Positions 39,444-54,108 of a DNA stretch of 64,000 bases are shown here, in pieces. A program made the translations under genes and the position numbers. Source of the stretch: Octopus sinensis (taxonomy: Eukaryota); contig NC_043025.1 in NCBI RefSeq assembly GCF_006345805.1, positions 2,170,001 through 2,234,000 on the forward strand, written 5' to 3'. Under the pieces are notes generated by a model. It was not told the DNA's origin. It saw only the letters and a program-made list of their open reading frames with translations, and ran no database searches. Numbering within the stretch: the stretch's first letter is position 1; each line of letters begins with the position of its first letter.

Positions 39444-39923
39444 GTATAGTTGCGACTCTTTATTCTCCATTTTCGTCTTCTTTATTGCCTCTTTGTGTTG
39501 TTGGTCTTCGCCTCTTCAATCTTCTTCTTCGTCCCCTTTTTTATTACTACTACCACTACTACTACTGTTACACCTATATTTACTTCTACTTCTTTCGTTT
39601 ACATTGGTCATGTTCTTCATATATTTCCTCTTCGTAAAATATTGTCTCAGCAATTTATTCTATTTCTGGTGCATCGGATTCTTTTCATCAACTTCGATTT
39701 TCTTAAATCTAGACGTTCTGTGATTGATTTTCCTTCAAGGTCTCCCATATTAACATCATTTTCACTTCTGTAGTTCGTCTTTTATCGTCATGTTCATTAT
39801 TATCATTAGGCTTTTTCTATGTCATTTTTCTATGTTATTCATCTGATTGTAAGACTAAAAATTGAATATTTTATCTGAAAAATTTCGTTTACTCTTTCCT
39901 GTATACATTGTTTTATGTTACAG

Positions 39924-39995
39924 ATATCTCAAGAATAATACGATCGAGAAAATCGATCGTGGACTCTTCCACGGCCTTACCAATTTACAGTTATT
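39924..39995 (+). CDS. LRR exon D2: YLKNNTIEKIDRGLFHGLTNLQL(L)
   Basis: tacAG|ATATCTCAAG...GTTATT|GTaagt; 72 nt, open frame. Confidence 0.92.
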
Positions 39996-40251
39996 GTAAG
40001 TTCAATTTCTCTCGATAATATTTCATAGACGTAATATCTCTAGAAATTATATATCTTCCTTTTCTCACTCACACTGTCTGTCTGATGGTCTCTCTCTTTT
40101 TTTCTCTCTCTTTCTCTCTAACTTATTTTTGATATTTTGTGTATAAGACTATGATTCTATGCGAATATGTATCGTTGTATGTCAGTGTTTGTGCGTATAT
40201 GTTCATGAATGTTGGTGCGTCTATGTGTGTGTAAGACAAAACATAGATATT

Positions 40252-40297
<46 letters not shown>

Positions 40298-40519
40298 AAA
40301 ATATATATAAACAGGTATGTATGTGTCTTTGTGTATATGTTTATCTTCAATCGTCGCTTTAGTTCAGGTGATAGTGTTTCCGCCCTCGTAACTGGACGAT
40401 TAGGCAAAAAAGACTGAGACAATAAGTAAATAACTATAAATATAGCAGCGGGGGCGATTTCTTCAACTAAACGTCTGTAAATTGGTGTGCCATTATGGAC
40501 GCATTCTAATGTTGAAATA

Positions 40520-41350
40520 AGTTAAAGTATTGATATATTTATGTATGTATATTGCGACCAAGTCGGTGACTTGTGCTGATGTGGATGATCCCATCGCTGT
40601 ACTACTTTATTCCATAATTTACCATCAATGTTTACCGCAAATATTACGCCTATTTTGTGTCGGGACATACCTGTGTGTTTCATACTATAAATCAGTGCTT
40701 TATTAACAGCCATCGAATTACTTCTTGGGTATCTGATCAAGGCGCTAATTTAGTTTTGATTCAGGGCAGGCGGTATTTTATCAAGGATTTTCTTATTAAT
40801 CATTCCTGTATCTGATTTAGATGGACAAACCAGTGTAACTTAGGGATCAAATGGAATTTAGGTTTATGGACTTTAATCATAATTCAGGATTTTCTAGTGA
40901 TGTAAGGCTCAGTTCTATCATCTATACCTAAATCTCAGGCGAGTTATTGTCCTGTATTTTTAATATATGCTAACGTGTCATTATTCACGTGTCCATATTT
41001 ACCGAGCAGTTCCTTCCTAATCATATACTTATCCAACGCAATATTAACTGTAAATTTTGCATGGTTTTCTTCACTGGAACAATGATTCCTGGAGTTTTGA
41101 CGATGTCATCAATTAGTTTTTTAATAATTTTCTCTAATTTTTTGTAACTTCTAGGGTATTTCCAGAACTTCACGTTCTTAACTGTTCTATATAATTCTTC
41201 TTCAAACCTGGTTCGGTGATGGTTGGTCGATTGGTTATTTCTTGATTTACATACTTTTCTTAGTAGATCTCCATGTTCAGGTTTGCCATGTCATATCTTT
41301 TCTGTCAAAGAAGAAATCTTTCTACCGCATTCTTTGTAGGAATTGGTTGA
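40520..41350 (-). mobile_element. decayed Penelope-like RT fragment, same family as 17530-19335
   Basis: gtgacttgtgctgatgtggatgatcccatcgctgtac (about 40566-40602) nearly identical to about 19135-19171; extends further toward the element 5' end. Confidence 0.7.
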
Positions 41351-42797
41351 CTTAAATAATGCTTCTTACTGGGTATAGGTACGTCCTTCCTTCCTCCTTC
41401 CTTCCTTCCATCCTTCTTCTTCTTCTCCTCCCTGTGCTTCTTCTTCTTTTTCTTCTTCTTCTTCTTCTTCTTTGCTGTTGTTGTTGTTCTTCTTTCTTCT
41501 TCTTCTTCTTCTTCTTCCCCTTCTTCTTCTTCTCCCTCTTTTTCTTCTTCTTCTTCTTCCTTTCCTCTTTTTCTTCTACTTCTTCTTCTTTTTCTTCTTT
41601 GCTGTTCTTGTTCTTGTTCTTCTTTCTTCTTATTCTTCCTCTTCTTTTCCTTCTCCTCCTCCTTGTCCTTCTCCTTCTTCTTCTTCTTTTCCCCTCTTCT
41701 TCTTCTTCCTCTTCTCCTTCTCCTCTTTGTGCTTCTCCTTCTTCTACTTCTTCTTCTTCTCCTCCTTGTGCTTCTCCTTCTCCTTCTCCTCCTCCTTGTC
41801 CTTCTCCTTCTTCTTCTTCTTCTTCTTCTTCTTCTCCTCCTTGTGCTTCTCCTCCTCCTTGTCTTTCTCCTTCTTCTTCTTCTTCTTCTTCTTCTTCTTC
41901 TTCTTCTCCCTGTGCTTCTTATCCTTCGGTATCTCATTCTTCGTAATTGTCATTGCTTTCTTCATTCTCGTTATCTCCGTCGTCTTCATTCTTCTTTTCC
42001 CTAATTTAGTTTTTAAGATTCAATATTCCCAATCTATAATATTTCTCTGAAATAGAATTGCGTATCAAACCTCTTTCATGCCACAGACGTCTTCACCATT
42101 ACAGTATCAGCAATATGGTCCAAGGATAATTCTAAATACTTTTTGCTTTCACATATGGCTTTTCTTCTCGATTTATTCTTCTCTAATTCATTTTGTCTCA
42201 CTCAATTTTTGTGTGAATGTATTTGAAAGTGTTTGAATGTATATCTTCGAAGGTATGTGTTGGTGTATCTACATCAGAGACTGATATCCTGGACGAAATT
42301 GTATGTGTGTATGTGCATATAAGGGTATGTGTGACTGTACTATTTATATTCAAAGATATTTTCTCCTCCTTTCTGATTTTCCTTATTTTACTCATCCTGC
42401 TTCTAATATGTGTTTCATTCCTTTTCACAATTTTTCTCTACGTGGTTCATGTTCATGTTTATGTTCATCAATTTCTGTTTCTTTCAAATTTTTCAACTGC
42501 TTTTTCATTTCTCATCTCATATTTGGTTCATCGTCTTCTACTTGCACGTTTATAAATCTATACGATGTATGAATTATTTTCAGTCATCACCTTCCTTACC
42601 CCGTCCAGTCTGTCATTGTGTATCGCCTCTTTACTCCTCCCGCTCCCTCCTGCCTTCTGTATTCCCCTCCTCATTATCATCATTACGCATTTCTCTTTCA
42701 CAGCCCTTCTTTTCATCAGATTTTAAGTCTACAATTTAATATTTTATCAGAAAACGTTTCTATGCTATTTCCTTTCTTAATTGTTTTATGTGCACAG

Positions 42798-42869
42798 AAC
42801 TTTGGAGTATAATAAGATCGAGAAAATCGAACGTGGAAATTTCCTAAATCTTTACAATTTACAGAAACT
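42798..42869 (+). CDS. LRR exon E2: TLEYNKIEKIERGNFLNLYNLQK(L)
   Basis: cacAG|AACTTTGGAG...GAAACT|GTaagt; 72 nt, open frame. Confidence 0.92.
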
Positions 42870-42935
42870 GTAAGTTCAACTTTTGCTGATAATATTTTTG
42901 TAACGTAATATCACTATAAATTTCAAGTCTATTAC

Positions 42936-42945
42936 ATGCACTCGC

Positions 42946-42987
<42 letters not shown>

Positions 42988-43205
42988 TCGCATTTACACA
43001 CACACACACACACACACACATACACTCGCATTTACACACACATACACATGCACTCGCATTTACACACACACACACACACACATACACTCGCATTTACACA
43101 CACACACACACACATACACTCGCATTTACACACACACACATGCACTCGCATTTACACACACACACACACATACACTCGCATTTCCACACACACACATACA
43201 CTCGC

Positions 43206-43236
<31 letters not shown>

Positions 43237-43290
43237 TGCACTCGCATTTACACACACACACACACACATACACTCGCATTTACACACACA
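42936..43290 (+). repeat. compound minisatellite [CATACACTCGCATTT(AC)n]
   Basis: about 11 copies of cactcgcattt separated by (AC)n. Confidence 0.9.
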
Positions 43291-43705
43291 CCCGCCCGCG
43301 CAGACTCAACTCAGACACACGCGCAGACACACACATGCACGTACACACCCACACAGAGATATACATATATAGAGGCGCAGTTACTACTGTAGTAAGAATG
43401 TTCTTACATATCACTTGGTCCTAAACCCAGTGTCACCCTGTGGCACCCCGTGCGCGTAAATTTTCCTTTTGCTTCGGGTCGACCAAAACTTTTAAGTGGG
43501 TTTCGTTGAGGAAAAGTCAAACAAATCAGTCGTATGATACATATACATATACATATATATATGTATGTGTCTTTGTGTCTGCTTTTGTCCCTAACCCACT
43601 TAATGTTGGCAAAGAATATAAACAAGTAAAACGGTATGTGAAATCATAGAAATGTCAGTAATGGTGGGGGTGATGATGAAAATGATGATGAAAATGATGA
43701 TAGTG

Positions 43706-45039
43706 ATATGTTACGGCAAAATGATCAGCCACCTTTTATATATGGATAACCTAAAACTATACGCTGCAAATGACAAACAGCTGGAAACACTATTAAAGAC
43801 AGTTCATGGATTTACCAAAGAAATAGATATGAAATTTGGATTAGAAAAATGCGCCAAAGTAACCATGAAAAGAGGAAAGCTAGTTAAGAGTAGCAACATC
43901 ACACTAGATAAAACCAATGAAATAAAAGAATTAGACCAAAGCCAAACTTACAAATACTTAGGAATCCATGAACTAGATAAGACACAACACACACAAATGA
44001 AAGAGAAAATAAAAGAAGAATATTATAGACGAGTTAGATCAATACTAAAAATAGAGCTCAATGTTAAAAACAAGATAATAGGTATTAACACTATAGCTGT
44101 CCCAGTTATAAGTTACAGCTACAATATCCTTAACTGGACACTAAATGAACTGACCAAAATAGATAGGAAAACAAGAAAAATAATGACAGGATCTAGGATG
44201 CATCACCCAAAATCTGACATAGAAAGACTATATATACAACGTATAGAAGGTGGTAGAGGCCTTATACAGCTGGAAAACTACAATAAATTAACCACCATAG
44301 GACTGAAAACATATCTACTTCAGAAGGAAGGAAAACTGATACAAATAACGGCAAAACACGAGCAAAACAAAAACCAGTTCTCTGTATTTAAGGAAGCTGA
44401 CAAATACAAACAAGAAATCATACCACCTAATAGATATGAAGAAGAAGAAGAAGAAGATGAAGAAACAGCAAAAGCTATAAAACAAATGAAATCCAAACTA
44501 AAAATAGAACAGCAACGAACCATGATAAAACGATGGCAAGAAAAGCCCCTTCATGGTAAATACTGCACTAAACTAAACGCAAAAGAAATAGACAAAGAAA
44601 AATCCCAGCAATGGTTGAGAAGCTCAGGACTCAAAGCAGAAACAGAGGGATTTTTAATTGTAGCACAAGACCAAAGCCTCCCCACCAGAAATTTCCAAAA
44701 ACATGTAATGAAAAGAAATATAACAAGTAACTGCAGAATATGTGGAGAGGGACAAGAAACAATAAATCATATTATCTCTAGCTGCCCAGTCCTGGCGAAG
44801 AAGGAATATATTCACAGACATGACAGAGTTGGAACCTACATACACTGGAATCTATGCCAACATTATGGAATAACAACAAAAAAAGATGGTATAGGCACAC
44901 ACCAGAAAAGGTCATAGAAAACGAGAAAGCAACCATACTCTGGGATATGTCGATACACACAGATAGAGAAATTAAGGCCAACAGACCAGATATAGTTGTC
45001 AGAGATCATAAAGAAAACAAATGCTTTCTAATTGATGTA
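43706..45039 (+). mobile_element. R4/Dong-like (RLE-type) non-LTR retrotransposon fragment 1
   Basis: HLLYMDNLKLY (RT), GGRGL, LKAETEGFLIVAQDQSL, CRICG..ETINHIISSC (CCHC), RHD..ILWD..ANRPDIV (restriction-like endonuclease); ends at (TAA)n 45040-45063. Confidence 0.88.
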
Positions 45040-45063
45040 TAATAATAATAATAATAATAATAA

Positions 45064-46733
45064 ACTATCTTTATCAAAGGAAAAATGACAGAAACATCTA
45101 ACGTTAACCTTGACCAGCAGAATGTCATAAAAGAATTAGACCCAGCGGAGAACTACAAGTACCTAGGTGTAATTGAAGGGGATGGAATAAGGCATTCAGT
45201 GATGAAGGAAAGGATCAGGAGAGAATGCTATCGAAGAGTGAGAGCAATACTCAAGACAGAGCTGAATGCGAGAAACAGGATCGAAGCGATCAATGCATTA
45301 GCCATACCAGTTGTGACTTACAGTTTCAATATCGTTAACTGGTCAATTACTGAAATATGTAATATTGACAGAAAAATACGAAAACTGTTTACAATGCATA
45401 GAATGCACCACCCTAAGGCAGATACAGAACGACTTTATCTGCCAAGAAAAGAGGGAGTCCGTGGACTTTTACAACTGGCAATAACAATGAAGATTGCTAC
45501 AATTGGCCTAGGCACCTGCCTGAAAAGCTCTGAGGACTGGATGTTAAAACTTGTCTCAAAATATGAAAACAAGAAAGCATCATACTCAGTCACAAAACAG
45601 GCAAAGGAATATCTAAGTGAATTCCGAATGCAAGAAATTTCGGAATTAGAGATAGACATACAAGAAACAAGCACAGAAAAAGCTAAGCGCATGGAAACCC
45701 GTGCTAAAACTGCGGCCTTAGATATTCTGAATGATAAATGGCAGGGAAAACCTCTCTATGGCAAATACTCAAAGAGAGCGAATAATGCGGATGTTGACAA
45801 AGCTCTGACCCATCAATGGCTAATGGCCTCTGGCTTAAAATCTGAAAAGAGGGGTTTATCATAGCAGCTCAAGATCAATGCCTACCAACAAGAAACTACC
45901 AGGCCAACATATTAAAGAACGGCAGTAGCCCAACTTGTCATGTGTGTCAACAACAAATTAAACCATTGATCATGTTGTCGCCAAGTTCAGTCTTCTAGCG
46001 CCTATTGAGTATCTCAACAGGCATGATAGAGCTGCACAATATATTCACTGGGTAATCTGCAAAAACCTGGATTTGCCCAATGAAAAAAACTGGTGGGAAC
46101 ACAAACCACCCCCAGTGCTTGAAAAGGACCACATCTCACTCCTCTGGAACTTCTCCATTCAAACTGACAAAAAGATAGATGAAAATAGGCCAGACATCAT
46201 ATTGAAATACTTCAGACAAAGAACGTGCCTCCTCATTGATATGACTGTCCCAATCGATATAAACGTATCAGTCAAGACCTACCAAAAACTGAGCAAATAT
46301 AAAGATCTTGAAATAGAAATCAGCAAAATGTGGAACCTGAAGACTAAATCAATACCTATTGTCATAGGTGTCCTGGGAATGGTAGCAAAAGGGGCTGATT
46401 GCTGCCTAACACAGATACCAGGAAACCCAAAAATGGCAGAAATTCAAAAGATAGTGCTCATGGGAACTGCTCATATCCTACGCAAAATACTTTCTATGTA
46501 ATCTCAAGGTTTAAAACAAACAATTTTTCTTTATTTATTTTTTTTCTTTATTTTATTTTATTTATTTTTATTTATTTATTTATTAGACATTCACTAGTAC
46601 AACACCAACCCCCCCCCAAATATATGGCACACTAGGCATAACAACAACGTGAACTTCCAACATGTTGTCTCTTGAAGTTCCTGGGTGAGACTTGGAGCCA
46701 ACTTGTACAAATATAAAGCAAAAGTCAGACATA

Positions 46734-46734
<1 letters not shown>
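45064..46734 (+). mobile_element. R4/Dong-like non-LTR retrotransposon fragment 2 with 3' UTR
   Basis: YKYLGV..HHPKADTERLYLPRKEGVRGL..ENRPDII..LIDMTVP..KLSKYKDL..PIVIGVLG..VLMGTAHILRK; flanked on both sides by (TAA)n (45040-45063 and 46735-46812). Confidence 0.88.
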
Positions 46735-46814
<80 letters not shown>

Positions 46815-47282
46815 TGATGATGATAATAATAAAATTAATAATAAGAGACAATCCAGAAGATCAAGTAAACGAGGATCGTACTGTTGAAGAAGATGAGGAT
46901 CTGGGAAGAGGAGGAGGTGGAGGAAGTGTGGTATAATGTAAAGGATAGGATGATAAAGATGTTGAAGTGAATGTAACCGTGGAAGAAAGAGAAGGGCAAC
47001 AACAACAACGACAACAAAATAGTTGTAGAAGTAGAAGGAGAAAAAATGAAGAAGAAAAAGAAGAAAAAGTAGAAGATAAGGTAAAAGAGAAGTAAATGTA
47101 GATGAAGGGAAAGATGTAGAAATGGAAGGGGGGGAAGGATCCCTACATAATAAGGAAGAGGAAAAACAGAAAAAAAAAACAAAATGAATAATTTAAAAAA
47201 TAGGAGAAACGGAAAGAGAAAAGAAAGTAACAGAAAGAGTCATCAATTTTTCATTCCCCTCTCGCGTTCCATGCAGTCTTGC

Positions 47283-49030
47283 CATTGCCACTTTCAATTC
47301 GGAGTACTTGGTGATGTTTTTGCAACCTCTTTACTCACAATATTCATATCATTTGGCATGGCTGCATCAAGGGTCTGATAGAATTTGTCTCTCTCATTCA
47401 ATATGACAATATCCAACCGACGGTGTTCGACAACACGATCCGTCTGGAAGTCATAATCCCAGAGTTTCGTTACTTTTCCCTCCTCCTGCATAACTTTACT
47501 TGGTACATGTAAAGTTACCAGTTCTCTTTTGCCTCATGTCGGTATTTACGGCATAAGAGCCAATGAAGTTACACACTCCCTCTATCCTGGCGGCGCTTGT
47601 ATTCTTTTTGTGCTAGGCTCTCACATCCCCTTACCCTTTTCCACACACTTTCCACAGAGTCTGCATTTCTGGGTGTCAGAAGTTTTATAGATGCTATACT
47701 TCACTGATTTGGTAGCGAGAGCCTGGTCTTATGCAGCAATGATCAGGCTTTCGGTGGTACGCTTCAAAGCACCTCGCTCAAGCCATGCCCACGATGCTGT
47801 ATTATCCTTAACGTCCTGTGTATTTCTTTCAAACTGTCCATGCATTCTCATCTCACGAAGGTCTTCTTTTCTCTTCTCCTCAGCTCTAAGGTTAAACTCT
47901 GCCTTGTCCATCATTTCATTTGAATTTACACCTATATCTTTCGCAGCATATTGCAACAGTTCTTCATCACTATTCATCAAATATTCGCCAAGCGTTCTCC
48001 TTTCACTCAAGGGTCTATATTAATTAGTCCTCTGCCACCATTCTTTCTTTTCACATACAGACTGTTTACGTTTGCGTTAGGGTGTAGCGCCCCATGCAGC
48101 CTCATCAACTTTTTCATCTTTTTATCCAGTGTTGATATTTCCTCCTTGGGACATTTGAGGATGGTTGCACTGTATCTGACCACCGATACTGCACCGATTT
48201 TTATTGCGGTAATCACATTTTTGGCACTCAGGTTCGATTTCAACACTATCTTCGCCCTTTTATGATACACCTCGCTAATCTTGATTTTCATTTCTCTGTG
48301 TAGAATGTCATCCAAATTCTCCAAATATCTATGCCCACAACCGTCGGGTTCACCTATGGTCACTCCTCATGGTACCCGCAATCCTCTGCAGTCTGCTTTC
48401 TTCCCTCTTTTCATTTTAAGTCCTGAGCATTTGGTAATCCTGAATTCCATAGCGATGTCCCAACCATACTTCTCACCTGTTTTGATTAAGGAATTTATCT
48501 GTTTTCAGATTTCCCAAACAGTTTCAGGTCATCTATAAACAGAAGATGGTTCAATGATGGGCTTTTCTTCCCACATCCAGAACCCATCTTAACTTTCCTA
48601 AGTGTCATTGTTATGGGTAATAGTGCAATTACAAATAGTAACGAAGAAAACAAGTCATCTTGGCAGATGCCCCTTTTGATATTAACTCATCCAAGGAATA
48701 CACTGAGTACAATTTGGTTTTCCACTCTTTCATATTATGCATAAGAAAATTTGTGATGTGAGCAACACCAAACATCTGTATGCATTCAACTATCCAGAAA
48801 TGAGACACCATATGCCTTCTTAAAGTCAATCCGATCTATAGACATATTTGTATGTTTTTTTCGCCAGGCCTCAAGCCTGTTTTATCGATGACCAGGTGAT
48901 CCTGGGTACCTGATAACTCTTCCTACATCCTTTTTGTTCCATTGGTAGTATTTCTTCCTGTGCCGGGAAAATATGTGGTTTTGCCGCACGTATTTCAGTG
49001 ATTATCTTCTAGATTATGTGTAGGCGTGCT
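47283..49030 (-). mobile_element. more decayed R4/Dong-like fragment 3
   Basis: LHPNANVNSLYVKRKNGGRGL, LKRTTESLIIAA, KLWDYDFQTDRVVEHRRLDIV on the minus strand; next to (TTA)n at about 49048-49167. Confidence 0.8.
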
Positions 49031-49048
49031 ATGGGATAATAGTTCCCA

Positions 49049-49618
<570 letters not shown>

Positions 49619-49620
49619 TT

Positions 49621-49673
<53 letters not shown>

Positions 49674-50363
49674 TATTATTACTATTATTCCTTTTACTAT
49701 TTCTTTTCCGATTTCTTTTCCTCCTTGTTCTTATTCTTCTTCTTGCTCTCCTTTTCCTTTTATTTCTCATTTCTTATTGTTTTTCTCTTCTTGCACATCT
49801 TCTTTTCGTCCTTGTTCTTTTCTACTTTGTGTTCTTTGTTCTCTTCGTTTTCTTCTTTATCTTCTTCATTCTCTTCATCTTTTCTCTTTCTACATCAATC
49901 TCTTAATGCTTCTCAATTTATTCTCCTTTCTCATTTACTTCTACTTCTTCCTAAACATATTTCTTTCTTTCCTTTTTCTTTTTCTTCGTTTTCTTTTCTT
50001 CTCCTCCTTCTCCTTCTTCTTCATCTCCTTTTCAATATCTTTTTCCTTTTTTCTTTATACTTTTTTCTTTTCTTCGTTTTCTTTTCTTCTCCTCCTTCTC
50101 CTTCTTCTTCATCTCCTTTTCAATATCTTTTTCCTTTTTTCTTTATACTTTTTTCTTTTTTCTTTCTACTCCTTCTTTTTCGTTTCCTTTTTTGTTTCTT
50201 CTGCTTCTTTGACTTCTTATTCTTCTACTTCTTTTTCTTCCTTCTTCATGTTTATCATAACATGCCTTGTCATCGTTTGGTCCATTCTAGTCCCATATTA
50301 TTGCATTTGTTATGACATTTTTTTCCATATCAACTGTTATACTTGTTTTTTTTATTTCTGCAG

Positions 50364-50435
50364 ATTTTTAAACGGAAATAATATTTCGAGCATTGAAGAA
50401 GAGAGCTTCCGAGCTCTTCGTCGATTACAGCAATT
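50364..50435 (+). CDS. LRR exon A3: FLNGNNISSIEEESFRALRRLQQ(L)
   Basis: tgcAG|ATTTTTAAAC...GCAATT|GTaagt; 72 nt, open frame. Confidence 0.92.
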
Positions 50436-51340
50436 GTAAGTTCGTTCAGTTTTGCTGATAATACATTATTAATCTTATTGTTTCACAACTTTGTGCCCTC
50501 CTTCTCTCTTTTCCCTCGCTCTTTTATCACTCTAATTCATATTCTGTCCCTATATTGGCTCTATATCTGTTCCATTGTATTATATATATATATCTGCATC
50601 AAAACTCATTAACGGAATGCATGTTTGTATGTTCTCCTATATATATATGAGTGTCTGCGCGTATATATGACTATATAATTTGCATTAATATGATTCGCTT
50701 TCTCTTTCTTTTCTACCGGTTGTATTTTCCCGTCTTCCCGAATTCTTCTATTCATTTCCGACCTCTTCCTTCGTTCCATGTTATTTATCTAATGCAGCAA
50801 CCTACAGTTGGAATAGTGAAAAATATAGTCGCATATTTCTTTCTCTTTGTAAACGACACCAGATCCCGTCACGTGTAATGAGCATCAATTTCCCAGATAC
50901 TCTTTTACTGATGATATCTTCATAAACATTTGATGTGTTTTCATATTCATTCTTCGCTCGTTTTCTCCCTTTCAACTTATATTCTTTCAAATCATATTCT
51001 CATGTGTGTTTCAGTCGAGAATGTGAGTGCAACTCTGGGTGTGTATCATTGTATACACAAGTGCATGTGTGTATGAATGTATGTGTATATGTGTGCCAGC
51101 CAGTATGTGCTTACGTATGTATCTCATTGCATGCATATGTTTTTTTTTTCCAACTTATTATCTTTGTCCAGGGGCCGTTCTCAAGCTTCGGATTATTCGT
51201 TGACATCATTTAAGTACTTTTTCTGTTTTTATCTTCATTAGCATCTTCGTTTTAAACACGTCTTCCTCTTGTTTTCTTTGCCTTCTTCGTTTCTTTCTTC
51301 TTCTTATTCTTCTTCTTCTTCTTCTTCTTGTTTTCTTCTT

Positions 51341-51403
<63 letters not shown>

Positions 51404-51504
51404 TGACTTCTCATCCATTTTTTCCACTTTAAAGAAAAGTGATTTAATAACCTGTTATAAATATTTTCTATATCAACATTTATCCTATTTCTTTTCTGCT
51501 ATAG

Positions 51505-51576
51505 ATCTCTTCAAAGAAACAATATTTCGCATATTGAAAAGGGGATCTTCGAGGGTCTTATATTTTTAGAGAAATT
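51505..51576 (+). CDS. LRR exon B3: SLQRNNISHIEKGIFEGLIFLEK(L)
   Basis: tatAG|ATCTCTTCAA...GAAATT|GTaagt; 72 nt, open frame. Confidence 0.92.
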
Positions 51577-51998
51577 GTAAGTTGGTATACTTTTTTCATA
51601 CAACGTTATGAATATAATATTTCTATATACTTAATGTCTTCTCGTTTCTCTTTCACTCTTTTCACTCTTACTAATTTTCTGTTCCTATCTTTGCATTATC
51701 TTGTTCTGTGTCTGAGGATGAGTTCAACTGAGATTTTATATGTTTTTTTATCAAAACATATTAATAGAAATGTAATATGTATGTTCATATGTATTTGAGT
51801 GTCGGCGTATATATATTTGACTATATAATTCCTATCGATATGTTTTGCCTCCACCTTAGTTATCCATTCGCGTCTTGAATTTTGTTTTTCCTCTTATTTT
51901 CTTACCGTCTTCTTTTCCTTCCAATTTCTTTTATCCAACTGCAATTTAGTTTATTTATCTAATACAACCTGTATGTATGCAAGTCGAACATATAAATA

Positions 51999-52872
51999 CT
52001 GGGCCATCCTATAAATAATGTGGTTTCCAGATGCATGAAATAAAAGTCGCAGTGGGACGGGATAAACTACCTTTATAGACTCCCTATAAAAGCAGATAAT
52101 AATTTTACCACGGATGTATTCTTAGAGCACGTTTTGAAGAGTGCAGTTCTATGTTAAGAGTTATTGTTTCAAAGCTATAATTGTAGTGACAAAGGAACAT
52201 ATTCGGCATATTTTGCTTTATGACTTCAATAAAGGCAGCAATGCAACGGGAAGTACGAGGAATATTAGTGCAGTTTATGGGGATTGGACAATAAGCGTAA
52301 GCCAGTGTCAACGGTGGTTCCAGAAATTCCAATCATGAAACTACAGCGTAGAAGACGAGCCTCCTCCTAGAAGTTTTATGGAGTGCAAATGGGACGCCCT
52401 GCAAACCCTAGTGGAATAAGCAGAGAAGCTTGGATTTGATCATTCAACCAGTCCCTCAAGTCAGCGCTAGAAGAAAATGACCGTCTTTGGTTTCAAGACG
52501 AAAGTTGTTCTTCCATCAGGATATAGCGAGGATGACGTTCCAAAGGCTGGAGCAGTTTGGATGGGAAACCATGATCCACCCAACATAATCGGGAGACATT
52601 AACCCATCTGGTTATCATCTATTCTGCAGTCTTCAAAGTAATCTGGACGGAAAAATATGAATTCTATAGAAGAGGTCAGAACATTACTGGAGGAATATTT
52701 TTAGCCAGGGACAAGTGAATTTTAGAAGAGAGGACTTGCACATCTACCAGCTAGATGGAAAGAGCATATTCCAAAATGGAGGAGAGTATATTCAAGATTT
52801 GAAAAGAACGTCATCTTAATTTCGAAAAAATAAGAAGTATAAAAAACCGGCAATATTAATGGGATGACTCAT
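51999..52872 (+). mobile_element. internally deleted mariner, same family as 20573-21489
   Basis: TA|ctgggccatcctataaataatg ... caatattaatgggatgactcat|TA; VTKEHIRHILLYDFNKG..QCQRWFQKF N-terminal HTH region. Confidence 0.85.
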
Positions 52873-53886
52873 TATATATACTTACAATATAGCTACCTAT
52901 TCCATTCTCTCTATAAACATAACCAGCTTACAACACTTACAATTGGCACCATATGCCTCATAATATGCCAGTGTAGTTACATTTCTAACTATTTTATGTT
53001 TTCTTCTAATTATATTTCTTCTTATTTTAAACTAATACGTGTGAGTGTGTGTGAATGTGTGTATGAAATATGGGTGTAGCTGAAACACATTTTGATATCG
53101 TGTGAATGATTGTACGTGAGCATGACTGTATGAGCATGTATGTCTATCTGACAACATGTATCTGTGTTATTTTTCCACCATGTTCTTTTCCTCCAGAGTC
53201 CATTCTCAATCGGCGAAATGGTCGCCACCGTTTCTTTAATTACATTTTCTGGGTTTTTTTAATATTTTGTACCACCTCATCATTTTCATCATGCCACCTT
53301 CTAATTTTCATCTTTCCCAGCTTCTTCTGCTTCTTCTTCTTCTTCTTCTTCTTCTTCTTCTTTTCTTCTTCTTCTTCTTCTTCTTCTTCTTCTCCTCCTC
53401 CTCCTCCTCCTCCTTTTTCTTCTTCTTCTTTTCATTCTTCCCTGCTTTTTTCTTCTTCTAACACTACTTTTCTCTTTTCTTTTCCTCTTCTTCTTGTCTG
53501 CTTCATCTTCTTTTCTTCTCCTTCGTCTTATTCATCTTCATCCTTTTCTTCGTCTTCTTATTCATATTCTTTTTCATCCACTTCTTCTTCTTCTCCTCTT
53601 CTTCTTCTTCTTCTTCTTCTTCTTTTCCGTCTTCTTCTTCTTCTTCTTCTTCTTCTTTACCTCATTCCTTCATTCACCTTCATTCCCTCTCCTCTTTCTT
53701 GCTCGTTTCCTATTTTTCTTCGTCCTTTTCCTCGTCTTCTACTTCCTTTTATTTGTCTTCTTTTCCGCCTTCTTCTTCATCTCCCTCGTCTTCCTTTTCT
53801 TCTTTTCTCTTCTTTTATGTCTTCTTTTCTTCTTTGAATCTTACTCTCTTTCGCTTCATCTTGTTATATCCGTACACCCCCAATAT

Positions 53887-54108
53887 CGTAGTACGGTCGA
53901 TATTGTCGACGATCGATCAAGAACACACAGCGGCAGTAACAGACACGTAACGAACCAACAATTTTTATGAATCAACAACACACTCGAACAGCAACCAGTA
54001 CCTGGACTTCGAAGACCAAACTAGCAACTGCCAACTACGTCCGACCAATACTATTTATATGTAGTGGTCGCGTCTATTCTCGTCAGAGGTTGTCCTACTC
54101 TCGCTACA
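53887..54108 (-). mobile_element. probable solo LTR (about 222 bp)
   Basis: ends (c)GTAG...CTACA resemble TGTAG/CTACA; minus-strand TATAAATAG box (ctatttata about 54051-54059) and downstream ATAAAA; no matching TSD. Confidence 0.55.

Noticed and set aside
43652-44917. 421-aa ORF as a host gene or active retrotransposon
   Set aside because: It is a truncated R4/Dong-like fragment whose start lies in a (TGA)n-like repeat; the catalytic YMDD reads YMDN and the frame shifts before the endonuclease.
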